NCBI RefSeq assembly: GCF_009914755.1
Contig: NC_060928.1
Source: the human T2T-CHM13v2.0 reference genome, Homo sapiens
DNA: 64,000 nucleotides
Reading direction: 5' to 3' (one strand)
Numbering within the stretch: position 1 is the stretch's first letter; the number at the start of each line of letters is the position of its first letter. A program made the translations under genes and the position numbers. Under the pieces are notes generated by a model, which ran no database searches, had not been told where the DNA came from, and saw only the letters and a list, made by a program, of their open reading frames with translations. Shown piece after piece: positions 1 to 13,966 of the stretch.

Positions 1-433
1 TAGAATAATTATGTACATACATAATTTTAGACACACATTTATACAATGTGTTTCCCATAAGAGAGCTATCTCTGAGTATTGTGGTTGGTGTATTTAAATA
101 GAGCAGGAATTGTATATTGAAGTTGACAAATATTTTTCATTCCTACTTTGTGTGTCAGACACTGAGCAGAAAAGTTTGAAAAGCACAACAGAATATTTTC
201 CAACAAGATATTCATGATCTAGTGGGGAATAGTGATGCCCATGTGTACTATAAGAGATAGGAGAGAGGCAAACTCTCCATGAAAACCAGAGGAGGGAGCG
301 GGTAATCCTGGTTGCGGGGGAGGCACAACGGAAAGTTCCATCAAGAGAAGGTGACTCTTGATTTGGGCCTGATATGATGATTCTAACATGTCCAGGGAAT
401 AAAGCAGAGGATTCCAGGGAAATCATTTTGAGA

Positions 434-763
434 AGTCACAGCCCCCTTTTCGTATGAAGTATATTCTGCAACACAGGAATACTAAAAAGTTGAAGATTAC
501 TTGGGATTGCAAAGCTGCATGCATGTTTAAAATGCCGTCCTTGTCTACACTCAAGCTTATTAACCCAAGGTCAGAATTTTGAAATTCAGACTTTTAGATG
601 CATTTGATTGAGCTTCACAATTTAAGGTTACAAGAATTAAGTCTTTTAGTTTGAACTTGTTTATTCAATAGACAATCACCATAAGCTTGACACCTGGTTT
701 CCTGATTTCTAATAATCAACTGCTATAGGATGTTGGGGCTCAGAAAACAAAACCCCAGAGTGA
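434..763 (+). repeat. Dispersed ~330-bp direct duplicate of 2248-2582
   Basis: Long shared blocks such as tacttgggattgcaaagctgcatgcatgtttaaaat, tcaagcttattaacccaaggtcagaatttt and taaggttacaagaattaagtcttttagt occur in both copies. This copy ends ~35 bp into the LTR start (tgttggggctcagaaaacaaaac). Confidence 0.93.
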
Positions 764-1667
764 AGGGTTTGACAAAAGGGTCAAAGTGCAAGTCTTGTCC
801 AGGAGGAAGTAGATAATTCTGTGTAATGAGAGAATAAAATAGGAGTAAGGAGTTGCAGGAGACCTGGACTGGGCATTCCTATTGAAGGAAGATTATGAAT
901 ATTGTTCGTGCCAAGGTAAGAATTAAGTTTTTTTCTAAAGAACATAGGGTGGTATCAGAAAAAATTATGATGAAAAAGTATTTTGTTTTAGAAAAGATGC
1001 CTCTGACTTTTCATCGGAAAATATATCACAGCTGAATGAAATTTTCAAATATAAGGGATAATAATACTAAAATATCTTCCTGTAGGCACTTATAATATGC
1101 TGGGCCATGAACTATTCTATAGATGTTATTCCTTTAATGCCCTCATAGCAAGAAGACATAGAAATCATTTTCTCCATTTTAGGTATAAAGTAATGTGCTT
1201 AAATTCCCACACCTTAAAATTATAGAGCAGAATTCAAATCCAAATTTGCGTATGTCAATGTTTTTAACAATTATTCTATGCTAACACCCATAAAAATCAT
1301 AAAATAAGTAGAAGGAAATATGGGTGAAGGATTTCTTTTACATTCATGAGGATAGGAAAATACTTTCTAAATATATATTAAAGTCAGAAAGAGAAAATAC
1401 TTAAGAAAAAATGATAGATTTGATTACATAAATATTAACATTTATATAGCATAATTATAAACAAAATTATAAACAAAATAGAAAAGCAAGCAACAAAATA
1501 GAAAAACACTTGCAACATGTGACAGAGACCTAATTAATCTTATATCAAGAGTTTCTAAAAATAAAAAAAATGTGGACTCCCCTATTACAAAAATAAGCAA
1601 AGGATGGAGACTACTAGTCATTAGAAGGAGAAATACTATTCCGAATATCTGTGGATAGGCAGAATTT

Positions 1668-1812
1668 TTTTCCTTTTTTTTGGTGGGGGTGGGGGGTAGT
1701 ACTGGGTCTCGCTATATTGCCCAGGCAGGTCTCAAACTCCTGGGCTCAAGCTATCCTCCCACCTCTGCCTCCCTAAGAGCTGGCATTGCAGGTGTGAGCT
1801 ACCACACCTGGC
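1668..1812 (-). pseudogene. BCYRN1: BC200 RNA (FLAM-C-derived) processed pseudogene
   Basis: The minus strand reads cagctcttagggaggcagaggtgggaggatagcttgagcccaggagtttgagacctgcctgggcaatatagcgagacc...aaaaaaaaggaaaaaaa. These are BC200-diagnostic motifs. TSD aggcagaattt at 1657-1667 and 1813-1823. The symbol names the parent gene. Confidence 0.85.
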
Positions 1813-2547
1813 AGGCAGAATTTAAGGTGATAAACGTACTCATATCAAGTTGGTTGGGGTCTAACTTTGCACCCCTAACTTTCTAGAGGTAAGTTTGAGA
1901 ATATGTATCATAATGTAAAGTGTGAGTTCTTTGACCCAGTAATTTCATTTCAGGATATTTTCCTTAAAAAATAATTAATAAGATGCAGCTGGATGATAAA
2001 TAGGAACAAAATAAGGAAATTGGTTGGGAGAAGAGAGGCTTTATAAGACTAAATCAAAGTCTTATGGATATGAGATATCAACCCCATTTAAATGATTTTC
2101 TTTTCTTTCAAATGTTTTAGGCAGACTCTGTGGTCCTTGCTATATTCTCAAATGTAACAAGTCTACAGGGAGAGATTATGGGTCTCACACAGGGCAGTGA
2201 GCTAATAAGGGACCTTCGTAAAATTTGGCTTGGAGACATGAAATTCAAAGTCATGGCCCCTTTTTTCAAATGGAGTATATTCTGCAACACTAGAATACTA
2301 AAAAAGTTGAAGACTACTTGGGATTGCAAAGCTGCATGCATGTTTAAAATACCATCCTCACCTAGATTCAAGCTTATTAACCCAAGGTCAGAATTTTAAA
2401 ATTCAGACTTTTAGATGCATTTGTTTAAGCTTCACAATCTAAGGTTACAAGAATTAAGTCTTTTAGTATGAACTTGTTTGTTCAATAGACAAACAAAGAT
2501 AAACTTGACACCGGGCTTTTGATTTCTAATAACCAACTGCTGTGGAA

Positions 2548-3177
2548 TGTTGGGGTTCAGAAAACAAAACCTCAGAGTGAAAGCCTCAGAAACAGTTTCT
2601 CTCTGACTTTCTCCTGCCCTCCTGACCCTTGCCCCTCATTTCCCCCTCTAGGCAAGCCATAGAAACTAGAATTCCTCTTTCTCTAGGCAATACAAACCGA
2701 ACCCCATTTTCTCAAGGCCAGCAATAAGACCTAAAGTATTACTGTAATCTTCCACTACCTTTCTGTTAAGAGCTGGCCTTAAAGAAATCTTCTGACCTAC
2801 CTTGTTGAACAGTAGGTTATGAGAGCCCCATTCCAGAAAGGATACTGATCCATACCCAGGAGGAAAGAATGTTACACAAAGAAGCCAAGAAAAATCCAAA
2901 CAGACAGGCCTTGCTGGGTTTTCCCACTCAGTATACTACTATTAGATCATACCCTCTTTGTCCAATCAGATTTCTACACAGCTATCCACTCTTCATCAAA
3001 TCTAAGCATAAAAATCGGCGGTTTTCTCTGTATCTTTGGGCCTTTGTTCTGAAGGTTCTTGTGTCATGTAAAATTATGATTAAATAAATTTGGAATGCTT
3101 TCCTCTCGTTAACCTGTCATTTGTTGTAGCAGTGTTGGCCATGACCCTCATGATGGATGAGGAAAGGTTTCACTGCA
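2548..3177 (+). mobile_element. ERV1-class solo LTR, MER39-like
   Basis: Starts tgttggggttcagaaaacaaaac, contains gccatagaaactagaattcctc and attaaataaa near its 3' end, and ends ...gaggaaagg...ca. Resembles the recalled MER39 consensus. Confidence 0.75.
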
Positions 3178-6100
3178 ATGGGTAAATATCAGTGCAGCAA
3201 CACCACCTAGATATCATTGTGAAACCTCAGAATCCTCTAGTTGTTTCTCAAAGACACAATTAAGCAAAAAATGAAGTCAAGAGATGAAAAGTATTTGAAC
3301 GTGAAAGGGGCTAGAATCTATAATCTCTATGGAGATGAAGGCTATGCACCAAGGACATTTAAATAACTGGAAATGTTTTATTCTCTTAAAACTCTATCTC
3401 AGTTGTTAAAAAATAAACACAAAAAAAGCATTTCTCTGTAATTTAACATCCTCCTGCTGTATCTCTTAACATAACTTTCCCATTCATTTGAATTTCTGCC
3501 AGTCAATGTCTTTGGCTCCTTATTTCCTTTTCTATTGAACTAGGAGAAGCTTCTAATCTTTGCTTTTCTCCAATAAATACGAATGCTGCATGGTTTGTGT
3601 TTCCTCCGTAAAGAGAATCGGAAGCAAGGAGCCTGCAGTAAATACTTCTAATTAAAGGTTTTTCTGACATATAGGAAGCAGCCCTTTCCTAAGTGTGTGC
3701 CCAGGGTGAATTTTTACTGCGATAAGGTGGTCACCAAAATCTCATTCAGAGTCTAATATAGATGTACACTTCCTATCTGAATCCGAGAATTTATGTTGTA
3801 TTTGGATATTTAGATCTAGCCACTAATGAACAATGTTTGGAAGACAAAATTAACATATGAATAAGACTAATGTATAATATTCTATGGTTTGTTTTGGTTT
3901 TCGTTTTTTAGTGTTATGAATGTTCCTTTTAAATAAAACAGTTATATTATTCAGGAATTACTGAATGTAAACATTATTTAACCAGTTTTTATCACTTACT
4001 GCTAACACAGGACATGCAACCCAATTCAGAATCTGAATAGTTAACTTTGAGAGAGCCCAGGAGTGGTTCAAATGCTCCCCAACACATCCCATCAGCTTCC
4101 ACACAGCCTTTCCCATTTCTTTTTTCTTCTGTTGTAACCTCCCACTGGGGGACCCCATTGTCACCACCTGAGTGCGGCTCTTGCCATCTCCACAGAGCAT
4201 CATTATTATTCCTTATGGTCTGACATTCAATTTTGATTTCCTTGTACTGTACATCCATTTGTCTTTGAATTTTATATCTTCTATTTGAGTTTTGGTTTCA
4301 ACAGGAAATAGTTTCACTTCACAGAGAATATGCAGTCAAAAATTTAAGCTAGTTTATGAAGAAATTCTTCTTGTTTTTTTCTATTTCCTGTCTCTCTCAT
4401 GGCTGTTACTATTCTTTGCTTCTTGCTAGATTGTCTTGACACATATACTTAGAGGTCCCACCATCAGTGTTTTCTGTTTATCCTGATTATGACTTATGGG
4501 GCTCTATTTTAGGACCACTTAATAACTGGCAAAGAGCTGGTCTAGTAGAAAGGTTGGATATAGAACTCTCAGAAGATCTACATATTTCTCAGAACATTTT
4601 CTTTCTAACTCTGCAATTTGGTGTAAAGATTTGCTTAATACACCAGATAAATGGATGCCTGGCTTGCAGAAAAACTCCTAATGCTACAGGTTCTTCATGG
4701 AGAGTTTTGGAGTTTACTTAATTTCAGAAGCTTTGGACTTTATTCTCATGTACAATCCCTTTTTTATTATCCTGCCTCCCTAATAGTCTGTTTCTTGTAA
4801 AACCTGTGTTTGAATGAATGAATAAAAAATTATTGCTTGAGGATGGCAGTTTGATATATTTCTCTAGGCACTGTTTTCTCTACTACATTACTCCCAACAC
4901 CTCAACATTCAGTCTTTATTATTTTCTGACCTGAGGAAGCATCAAAACCTATTCTTACCAAATGTAGAGAGTTTTACATTTTATGTATCCAAATTTAAAC
5001 AAAACTAAAAAGAACATCAAGCTAAGTAGCATAAAGTAAAGGTGAAATGTTGCTTGCCAAGATTTCAATAACTTGATCATCCTTCATAATGTAGATGTTT
5101 AATTAACTTCATGAGGTCTTGTTTTTAATCTCACCCTCCAAACAGCATGCTAAGTAACCCACATAACTAAACCTGAAACTTAAAATTACATTAATAATAG
5201 CTAACATTTATGCAGAGCTTACCATACGCCAGGCGCTCAGCAAGTATATTACATACATTATTTCTATTTATCCTTGACAACAACACTATGTGTGGGCATA
5301 ACATGGAAAATTGAAGTAAATTTCTAAGCTAATAAGCAGTGTAAAACATTATTGCAGCCCAGGCAGTCTGATTACAGAAAATACCTCATGAATTCTTAAC
5401 ATATGAAACTTTAACATGTTAAAAGTAAAGACATTCTTCTTTTCAGTGTCAAGTAACAAATAGTTTTAACAATACCTTACATAAACCTACGTTAGTTTTC
5501 CATATCCACAATCAACTTTTTCTAATGTCCTTTTTTTGTGTTTATATTACTTTATTAAATTGTGTATAAAGCATTCTCCTAGGCATACACATTCTTTTAG
5601 TCATTATCTCAACACTCATACTCAGGAGTAAATGTAACCATCAGATAATCTTTTCTCAATGCTCATTTTTATGTCAAGGCAAGTATAGGCAGATAATACA
5701 AATGTATCTTTCTTCCTGAGGTTAACATTTTAGTTTGGTTTATTACAGTAGCCAGGGCATCCCACTCAAGTTGGACCCAGGAACCTTCCTTTGTCAAAAA
5801 GCCCACTAGTGCCTTTCCTTAGAACTATATAGAAAACAATGCTTCTGGTGCTATGAAAGAAGGAGTCTCTAACATGACTCACCCTCTTGGGCTCATATGC
5901 ACTTTAGAAAGATAAGCACACAGATGCAGGCAGACACAAATCCGACCCAGCATGATCTAGTGCTATAATTCTCACCTGAACTTCATGCTGTGAAGGTTCC
6001 ATGGTGAAGGAAAGGATTTGTGCTCTCTGGGAATGGGATCAGGGAAAATTTTAGAGAGAGTGACTTTTGAGCTGGAATCTGAAGGATATGTAAGAGTGAA

Positions 6101-6349
6101 AGGCACAAAGGAGAAGTATTCTAAGTTCTATTATAAAACATGTCTTAAATGAATTAGATTCATCTACCAGAAAATAATGCCTCTCACCATACATATCCAG
6201 AGAAAAAAAGGGAAATAAAACATAATTAAATAACCAATTAATGAATTTTATAAAGAATTCAGATTTTTGAATCTGCTGTGAGCATTTCTACATTTTTTTG
6301 TAAATTTGAACTTTACTTTTATTTTATTAAAACTTTACTTTTAAGTAGG

Positions 6350-6540
6350 AGGCAATGTGTGCTGGTTAAGAGCATGTACTCTAGAATGAGACCAAGATGG
6401 CTTCATTAAATCCTGACTCTGCTGCTTAGTAAAGTAGTTGGGTGAGGTTGTATAAATTATTTAACTTCTCTGAGCCTCAGATTCTTCCTCCAGAAAATCG
6501 GGGGAAATAACATTTATCTTAGTGGAGTGATGTGTACAGG
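6350..6540 (+). mobile_element. MIR SINE fragment
   Basis: ggttaagagcatg...aaatcctgactctgctgcttag...ttatttaacttctctgagcctcag MIR core. Confidence 0.7.
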
Positions 6541-8689
6541 ATTTGACATGTCATGGATTCTCAAAACATATATATATATGTATATATATTTATACATACA
6601 TTTGAAGTCCTCAAAATAGGGAAATATCTCACATATTTTGAAGCCCACTCTGCATAGTATTTTATTTTAGGTAAAATGAGTGAATGGATGAATAATTACA
6701 CAAATGAATGGAAGGAGTTAATTAAGGAGTGAGTGAATTTGGCATACTTCAATTCTGCAAGTTATAGCCTTCAAAAAAGAAAGGTGCCTGTAGAATATTT
6801 CTGTAAAGAAAAATTAAAAATTATTTATTTATCAGTACATCTTGCTGTGCTATGAAGATGTGATATTATTCTGATGTTAGGGGGATATGTAGTCAAGTAA
6901 TCAGAACTACATGGATCCTGTTCTGCTCCATCTGCACTCTTTATAAACTCCCTGGAATTTTATGATAGTTTAATTGTATTATGTTACTTACATGAATATA
7001 TACCTTTAAAAGTTCATATGGGTATAAAATAAGAATGCAGTGAATGAAAAAAAGTGACACTTTGGGACAAAATTAGCCAGCAGTCTAAAATGGTGTATGT
7101 CACAAAGGTGAAATCTGCATTAGGACATATTCTGGAAAAACTTTTTTCCCAAGAAAAAGTGGAGAATTGCTTTGTGGGGAACATCACTGATAATTCAAAA
7201 GGGTTCCCTGTGAATAGCCTTAAAATATTATATTACAATGTTCATGAAGCATTGAAATGTTTGGATTTAGGGGAATAACTTTAATGAAAAGCATATATTG
7301 CTTTTCCCCCTTAGTTGTTCTCTTTTTCTTCCTTTCTTCCTCTCTCTTAATCATGCTGAAATGAATGTAAGGTGAGACTAATTCTATGCTGCACCAGACA
7401 GAAAGCTAATGGGATGAATGATAGGGAATGAGATACTGTGTATAAAGCTGCTTGCAAGAAGAAGATTGGAACGACTATGGATTCATTTAAGAAGAAAGTA
7501 ACTAAAAGAATTAAAGATTTATTAAAGTTAACCAAGTTGAAAGAGTGAAGACATTAGATAAAGAAAGTATTTGTAGAGGGGATATTGGGTTTAGAATTGA
7601 TGGAAGCAGGTTAAGTAAGACTCAAGTGACTATGGAAGACCAAAAGTTATCTATATCACAGGGCTTAAATGTGGAGCCCTATATGAAAGGGCTAAGAATT
7701 TGTGTTCATCTAAAAATCAGGGCTGAAATCAAACTTGCTGAGTGTGAGTATCAAGAAATTGGGTCATTAGTGTCCAGCTGGAATTCAGTGACCAAGCCAG
7801 ACTTATTATTGATATAGAGCATGCATCCTAAAATTAACAATACCTTAACTGAATATATATTTGTCACCTAAACAGCATATGATATGTTGATGATACTTAC
7901 AAACCAGGGTAAAATATAAGAGCACATGACTGGGCTGCATAAGATGTAACAAGCAATGCAATCTTACTAAGATGCACGTATCCTTCTACATGCTTTATAC
8001 ATATTTTTTCATTTATCTTCATTATAAACCTATGCAACGGGTACTATTATTTTCCCTATTTTGCAGATAAAAATTGAAGAACCTAAAGTTAAACAACAAT
8101 CCTAGATGAGCCAGCTGGTTAGTTAAGGAGCTGATTTGACCCAGCTTCAGTACTTTAACCACTCTAGCACACTGCTCCAGAGGGACACCTCCTAAAGGCT
8201 GCACCACTCTCCTTTCATTTTTGTGGAAGGAGGGAGTGTGCTTTGTACATGATAACAACATCTATTTGTGCATATGTTCAAATTTTAACTCAGGATCTTC
8301 CTCTGTGTTTCCCTTCTGAGAATATACCCTCACCGACTGCCCAGTGCTCAGAGCCAAAAAAAGCTGCAGTCTTTGTAGATACCTCCCTCTCAAGTTTTCC
8401 CATTCAACATGTTACCTAATTCTACCAATATCACCTCACACCTACTGAGTTCAGCCAGTTCTCTGTTTCCGCTGCCCCAGACTTTTCATACCTGGACTTC
8501 TGCAAACCTTTTCTGTTGATTTTTTCCCCTAATTCTCTCTTACCCTCCCTCCCACTGCTCCCCAATATAGCCTTGGCTTTGCAGAGAAATCTTTTCAAAA
8601 TATTGATTTGATCACATATCTCTCAGTTTAAAATCTTTAAATAATTTCTCATTTTTTTTTGTACAAAGACCAAACTCCCTAGCATTATT

Positions 8690-9110
8690 TAGGATAAGCA
8701 AACTTAGCAAAAATCTCTCCAAAATTCAATGATTTAAAGATGAAAATTTATCCCTCTCTAATATAACAAAGCAGGACAAGGTCTCCAGGTTGGCAGAGGA
8801 TCATGTGTAAGATGTCATTGAGCATCCCAAGCTGAAGATGGTAAAACCTCTTTGATCACACACCTTCCAGCATCACACTGCTCTCACCATTAGAGCTCAC
8901 AGAATGGAGAATGAGCCTGTGGAGGAAATATACCTGCTGCCTTGAAATCCTGTCTAGGTTGTGGTAACATCACTTATACTCATGTTTCCTTGGAGAGAAA
9001 CCAGTCACATGGCCACATTGGATGCAAAGGAGACTGGGAAATGTAGTCTCTGACTGGGCAGCTATATGCTGTTACTCAAAGGGGAAACAGATTCTGATGG
9101 ACAGTTAGTT
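8690..9110 (-). mobile_element. Old MaLR LTR (MLT1J/K/L-like) within L2-like sequence
   Basis: ccagtcacatggccacattggatgcaaaggagactgggaaatgtagtc motif typical of old MLT1 LTRs. Boundaries approximate. Confidence 0.5.
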
Positions 9111-12100
9111 TAGTCATCTCTGGTGCACCTTCTTCCCAGCTTCATTTTCTACCATCATCAACCTTGCCCTTGATTGCAGTCACAACTTTACATTTGCATG
9201 TGAACACCTTACCTGAATCCAATTATCTTCTTCTCATACTGCAGGTATCAAGTCAAATGGTACTTGCTCAGGAAAGTCATTCCTCACCCGCAGGTTAGGT
9301 TAGGTCCTACCGTACAACATATGGTACAGACTCCTTTTCCTCATAGTACTTATCACAGTTTTAATTTCTGCATTTTACTCATGATTATTCATTATATTTC
9401 TTTGTTACTGGATTTTAAGTTCCTCAGAAGCAGAAGTCTTGCTCACTTTAGGACACCACCATATCCCTTCCTAGCACAGTAACTGACTAGATACATAGTA
9501 ACTTATTGTTTATATGTTGTTTTTGAGTTTTTCTTAGTAGTTTTGCCACATGATACTGTGTTAGTCTTTAAAGCATTTTCCTTATGTTATCTTTTACTGC
9601 AACCTGTACTCACTCATTCAATAAATGTATGTCTTATGCTAGACAATGAGGTACATAGACAGTATGATGAGAAATAGAACAATGTGGTCTTTGATCTGAA
9701 AGTTTTTATTATGTAGTTAGGGAAAGGGCACAAAAATCCTTGAGTATAAAATATCTGAAAAAAGGTGTTGCTGAGTGGTATAGGATTAAGTGCTGAATGA
9801 GTAATATTGACACAAAGTATTATATAATCTCAGAAGAAGTCAGCTGAGTGAGGCCTGCTATGCTGGTGGAAAGTTTTCTAGAGGAAATAAGGGGTGGAGC
9901 TGGACCTTCACCTGTAGGTGCAGGAGCAGTGCCCAAACATTTTGAATATATATGAGACTTTGGAGATACCAGCTAAACACCTAAACTGGAGTTGGAGCTA
10001 GTCTGATATTCCTCAATAAGTCTGAACAGGAAAGTCCTTTGGGAACATCCTCTGACCTCCTGTGACCTCTTCTAGGAAGCAGCTTAGCATTTGAACTAGA
10101 GACAGGAATTGCCAATTGTCCTGGCCTGTGTCCAAGCAATTGTGTGTAAAATGGTTAGCATCCTGTGCTGTGTAACCAGCAGCATACTGTCTTGGCCTAC
10201 AGTGGGATATAAAATCACACTTTAGTTGATTTGTTATAGCTTGGCCAAAGGCTATAGGTAAAAGGAACTTTCATCAATATAAAAAGCCCGAACATTTCAG
10301 ACAAATCTGGAAAAAGGTTTGTGGCCATTGGAGCTGCTAGGTGGTGAAATAAAAAAATACAATATTCAGATGGGGAAAATACAGAGATGTTGGCAAGCTG
10401 AAGAATATTCCCAAAAGACTAGAAAAAATAAAGATCTCACCCCATCAAACCAAAATTAAGCAAATGGATAAGTAATTTTGCCCCTGAATAAAGGCAAATT
10501 GTAGCAATCTTTGATTGTGTTCCCTGTATTCCCCAACTCCCCTGACTCTCCTTGCCAAGCCCACCTGCCCTGTTAGAGGTTGGAAATGCCAGGCACAGCC
10601 CACTGGGAAAGCTGGCAGCTATGGCAAGACATGAAACCAATGCTGACCAACTGGGACCTGAGTGGAAGGAGGCTTTGGGTTAATGCTTTCCTACTAAAAG
10701 AAACAGAGACTCAAAAGAAATCACCTCTTTTTCCTTCACTGGGTTGGTGGTGCCTGCCTGTGCCTTGTGGAACCATCGCAGCTGAATTGAGATCATGAGG
10801 GTGACAATGCTGATGATGGGGAGGAATTCAGATGAAAAAATAACAACGGCATCACTAAACTGTGGCTCTGTGACAGACCTATCTAGCCGTATCTGGCACC
10901 CTATTATGTGAAATTACAAATTCCCTTATAATTTATGTCATTTGACCTGTGTGTTCTATTACCTGCAGCCCAAAACATCTTATGTGATAGAATATTTAAT
11001 CAAATGAGGTATCAGATTCATTTAGATTAAAATAAAATGTAGCATAAGAATCAAAGTAAGGATTTTTAAACTGATTTACAAAATTATTTCTTACACATTA
11101 TATTTGCTTGTACAAGAAATTAAATATATTCTGGTAATGTAGTGCCAAAACATCAGAGACCAACAAATATCAATCACAGTTCTCCTCATGTATTTGAGCA
11201 ACTGAAGTATTCATTCCTGTTGAATTTCAGTTTGCAGCATTTCAAAATTGATTGATCAGTTTTCTTTATGTAATACATTAAAATATACTTTTCATTCCTC
11301 TAGAAATGTAGTTGAAATTTCATGTCCTTTTCACTTTGAATGTAGAAATTTGGGTTCGTTGACCTGGCAAAAAAATGTTCCCACCCACGAAACCTGTCAA
11401 TAATGACAAAATGAGCCAAGTAGAGCATTTGTAACAATCTCTCTATAAAGGATATTCTTTATACAATTTGAAAAGGAATTAAAATTACAAATGCAAAATT
11501 GAGCATAGGGTCTTGTAAGACCAAATTCAAGTGAGAGACCCTGATGTTTTACCTTCAGATGTTTTACCTTCATTAGCTTCAGGGTATAACTATCTCTGAT
11601 AATCAGTTTTTAATTAAAAAAAAAAGTCAAAAGCCTCAGTCTATTCTTTAGATATCGATATCAAAATTCACATCACAGGTTCCAATCATGAAAAGCCAAA
11701 ATAAATACCATTAACTTCAAAACCTGATCTGTAGCATAAAGGTTATTGGGTGAAACGGGCTCAAGGCAATCTTCCTTCTTTTTCTAAAACTGTGCCCCAC
11801 AATTTTTTTCCTATAATGTCTTCTATCTGAAGTTTAGTCATAAAGTCTGTTCCCGACAGGGGAGAGAAATGAGGACATAATGGTATGATCTATGCTTCCT
11901 GCCAAGCCCGCTGCTTCGGTGATGGAGGTGCTTTGTACACTGGGTTATTGGATTATGGCCTCTGTTCCTGCCTGCATCCACCAGGGAGCCAAGCGCTCTG
12001 TCTTTATTTCGTGACCCTTGTGTTTACACTATTTCCCTCTCTGTGCCATGATTTCCTCTGAGCTATCAAATACTTCTAATTCCTATCCTCGGCCTGTGTG

Positions 12101-12188
12101 TTTCCTGCCAACTCCCAGGGGCAATCAGTCGCTTCCTCACTTCTTAGATTCTGCCTGCCAAACTTCCTGCTCAAACATGTAACTGTAT

Positions 12189-12191
<3 letters not shown>

Positions 12192-12227
<36 letters not shown>
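12192..12227. repeat. (CA)n microsatellite
   Basis: Visible directly. Confidence 0.97.
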
Positions 12228-12228
<1 letters not shown>

Positions 12229-13662
12229 CCAATTTTTATGTCCCTTCTTATGGCTGTCTTCTAAAGTTGAAGAACTTTGAAACTATAAACTGTTTATCCT
12301 TTCTCTTAACTACCAAAACTTCCTTCTTCTTCTTCTTTTTTTTTTTTTTTAATGCAACACCTTTTAACTCATTTAAGGCTGGCCTCAGTGTCTGTATTCC
12401 TCCAGCGTGTTCATTTTGCAGTGGAAAGTTTTCAGGAAAATTGGACTTTACCCATTTATAGACTTCAAGCCTTATATTTTATTCATTTGGAATGGATTTT
12501 AAAAATGGGTTACTAATTTTGAAGGTTATTAATTTTTTGAAAGTGACTTAAATAAGTAATTTCCTGTTTGCTCCCCTAGTGGCCCCATGAATTGTGCTTG
12601 AATTGTTTTCTCATCTCATGACCGAGTAGACTGAATTATTAGGGCAGGATTAGGACCATGTACATCTCAGTACAGCCTTAGCACCTGGTTCAAGGACTGG
12701 AATATAGTAGGTGCTTGATGATTCTTTGTGGAATGGAATGAAAGAGAAAAATATTTAGTGTATTTAAAATTTATTTTAATTATTAGAGTAATTATATTGT
12801 AGAGGTAAATTTTTTAAATATGGAAAATTTAGATTTTCTGTATAATCAGATTGTTCAGATTTCCTCCATGTCTGTACCTAAAACCACCAAAAATTATAAT
12901 TTTTAAATGTGAATTTAAATATTTCATTTCATTTACTATCTAAAATGCTTGAACTGCTGATGGCTCATTTTCATTTAGTCCTAATGTCCTGGTTACTTTT
13001 TAAAGTAAAATGTTATTTTACTTATATATCATAGAGATGGCAATTCATTCATAATTTGAGTTTCTTTCTTTACATGTCACCCACATCTCTGTTTACTTAC
13101 CTGATGCTTCTGCTCTTTCCTTTTTTCTCTAATTTTTATTACTAATAACAGTGTTAAGAAATATATACATTTCTAATTTCCAACAAGTAAGCCTAGCTCA
13201 TATTTTTAATTGTTAAAATCAGGTCTAATTTTAAAGTGAATGCACACAAATAATGGGTCCTTGCTATTTCCACACATATAACATGAATTTCATGAAGGTA
13301 ATTAGTAAGCAGAATAAGAGAAAATTCCACACATCCCTTCTAAGAGAGAGGGGCATTGGAAAGTTTCAAACCCAAGTGGTTTCAAATCCAGCTCTGACAT
13401 TTAGTAACTGTGTGTTATTCAGGAGTTACTTAACTTCTTTGAACTTCAGTTTTTTCATTAGGAAAATAGAAAACATAAGGACCTCAACTGGTGGTTAGCA
13501 GGATAAATGGTATTAAAATACATTAATTATTTAAGTCATGGTAGATTATATATTGATACTATTATTTTGTGGACTTTTAAAGTCAAATAGACAACCAGCT
13601 ATAAATATCAGAACTTGATTTTAAAATGAAAAAGAAAAACTATATTTAAATAATCTATTCCA

Positions 13663-13966
13663 GGCCAGGCACAGTGGCTCATGCCTGTAATCCCAGCAAT
13701 TTGGGAGGCTGAGGCGGGCAGATCATTTGATGTCAAGAGTGCAAGACCAGCCTGCCCAACACGGTGAAACCCTGCCTCTATTAAAAATACAAAAATTAGC
13801 TGGGTGTGCTGATACACACCTGTAATCCCAGCTACTTGAGAGGCTGAGGCATGAGAATCGCTTGAACCTGGAAGGCAGACGTTGGAGTTAGCCGAGATTG
13901 CGCCAACGCACTGCAGTGATAGAGCGAGACTGTCTCAAAAATAAATAAATAAATAAATAAATAAAT
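13663..13966 (+). mobile_element. Alu (AluS-like), full length, with (TAAA)n tail
   Basis: ggccaggcacagtggctcatgcctgtaatccc start, A-rich linker and tail. Degenerate TSD aataatctattcca / aataacatattcca. Confidence 0.95.
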
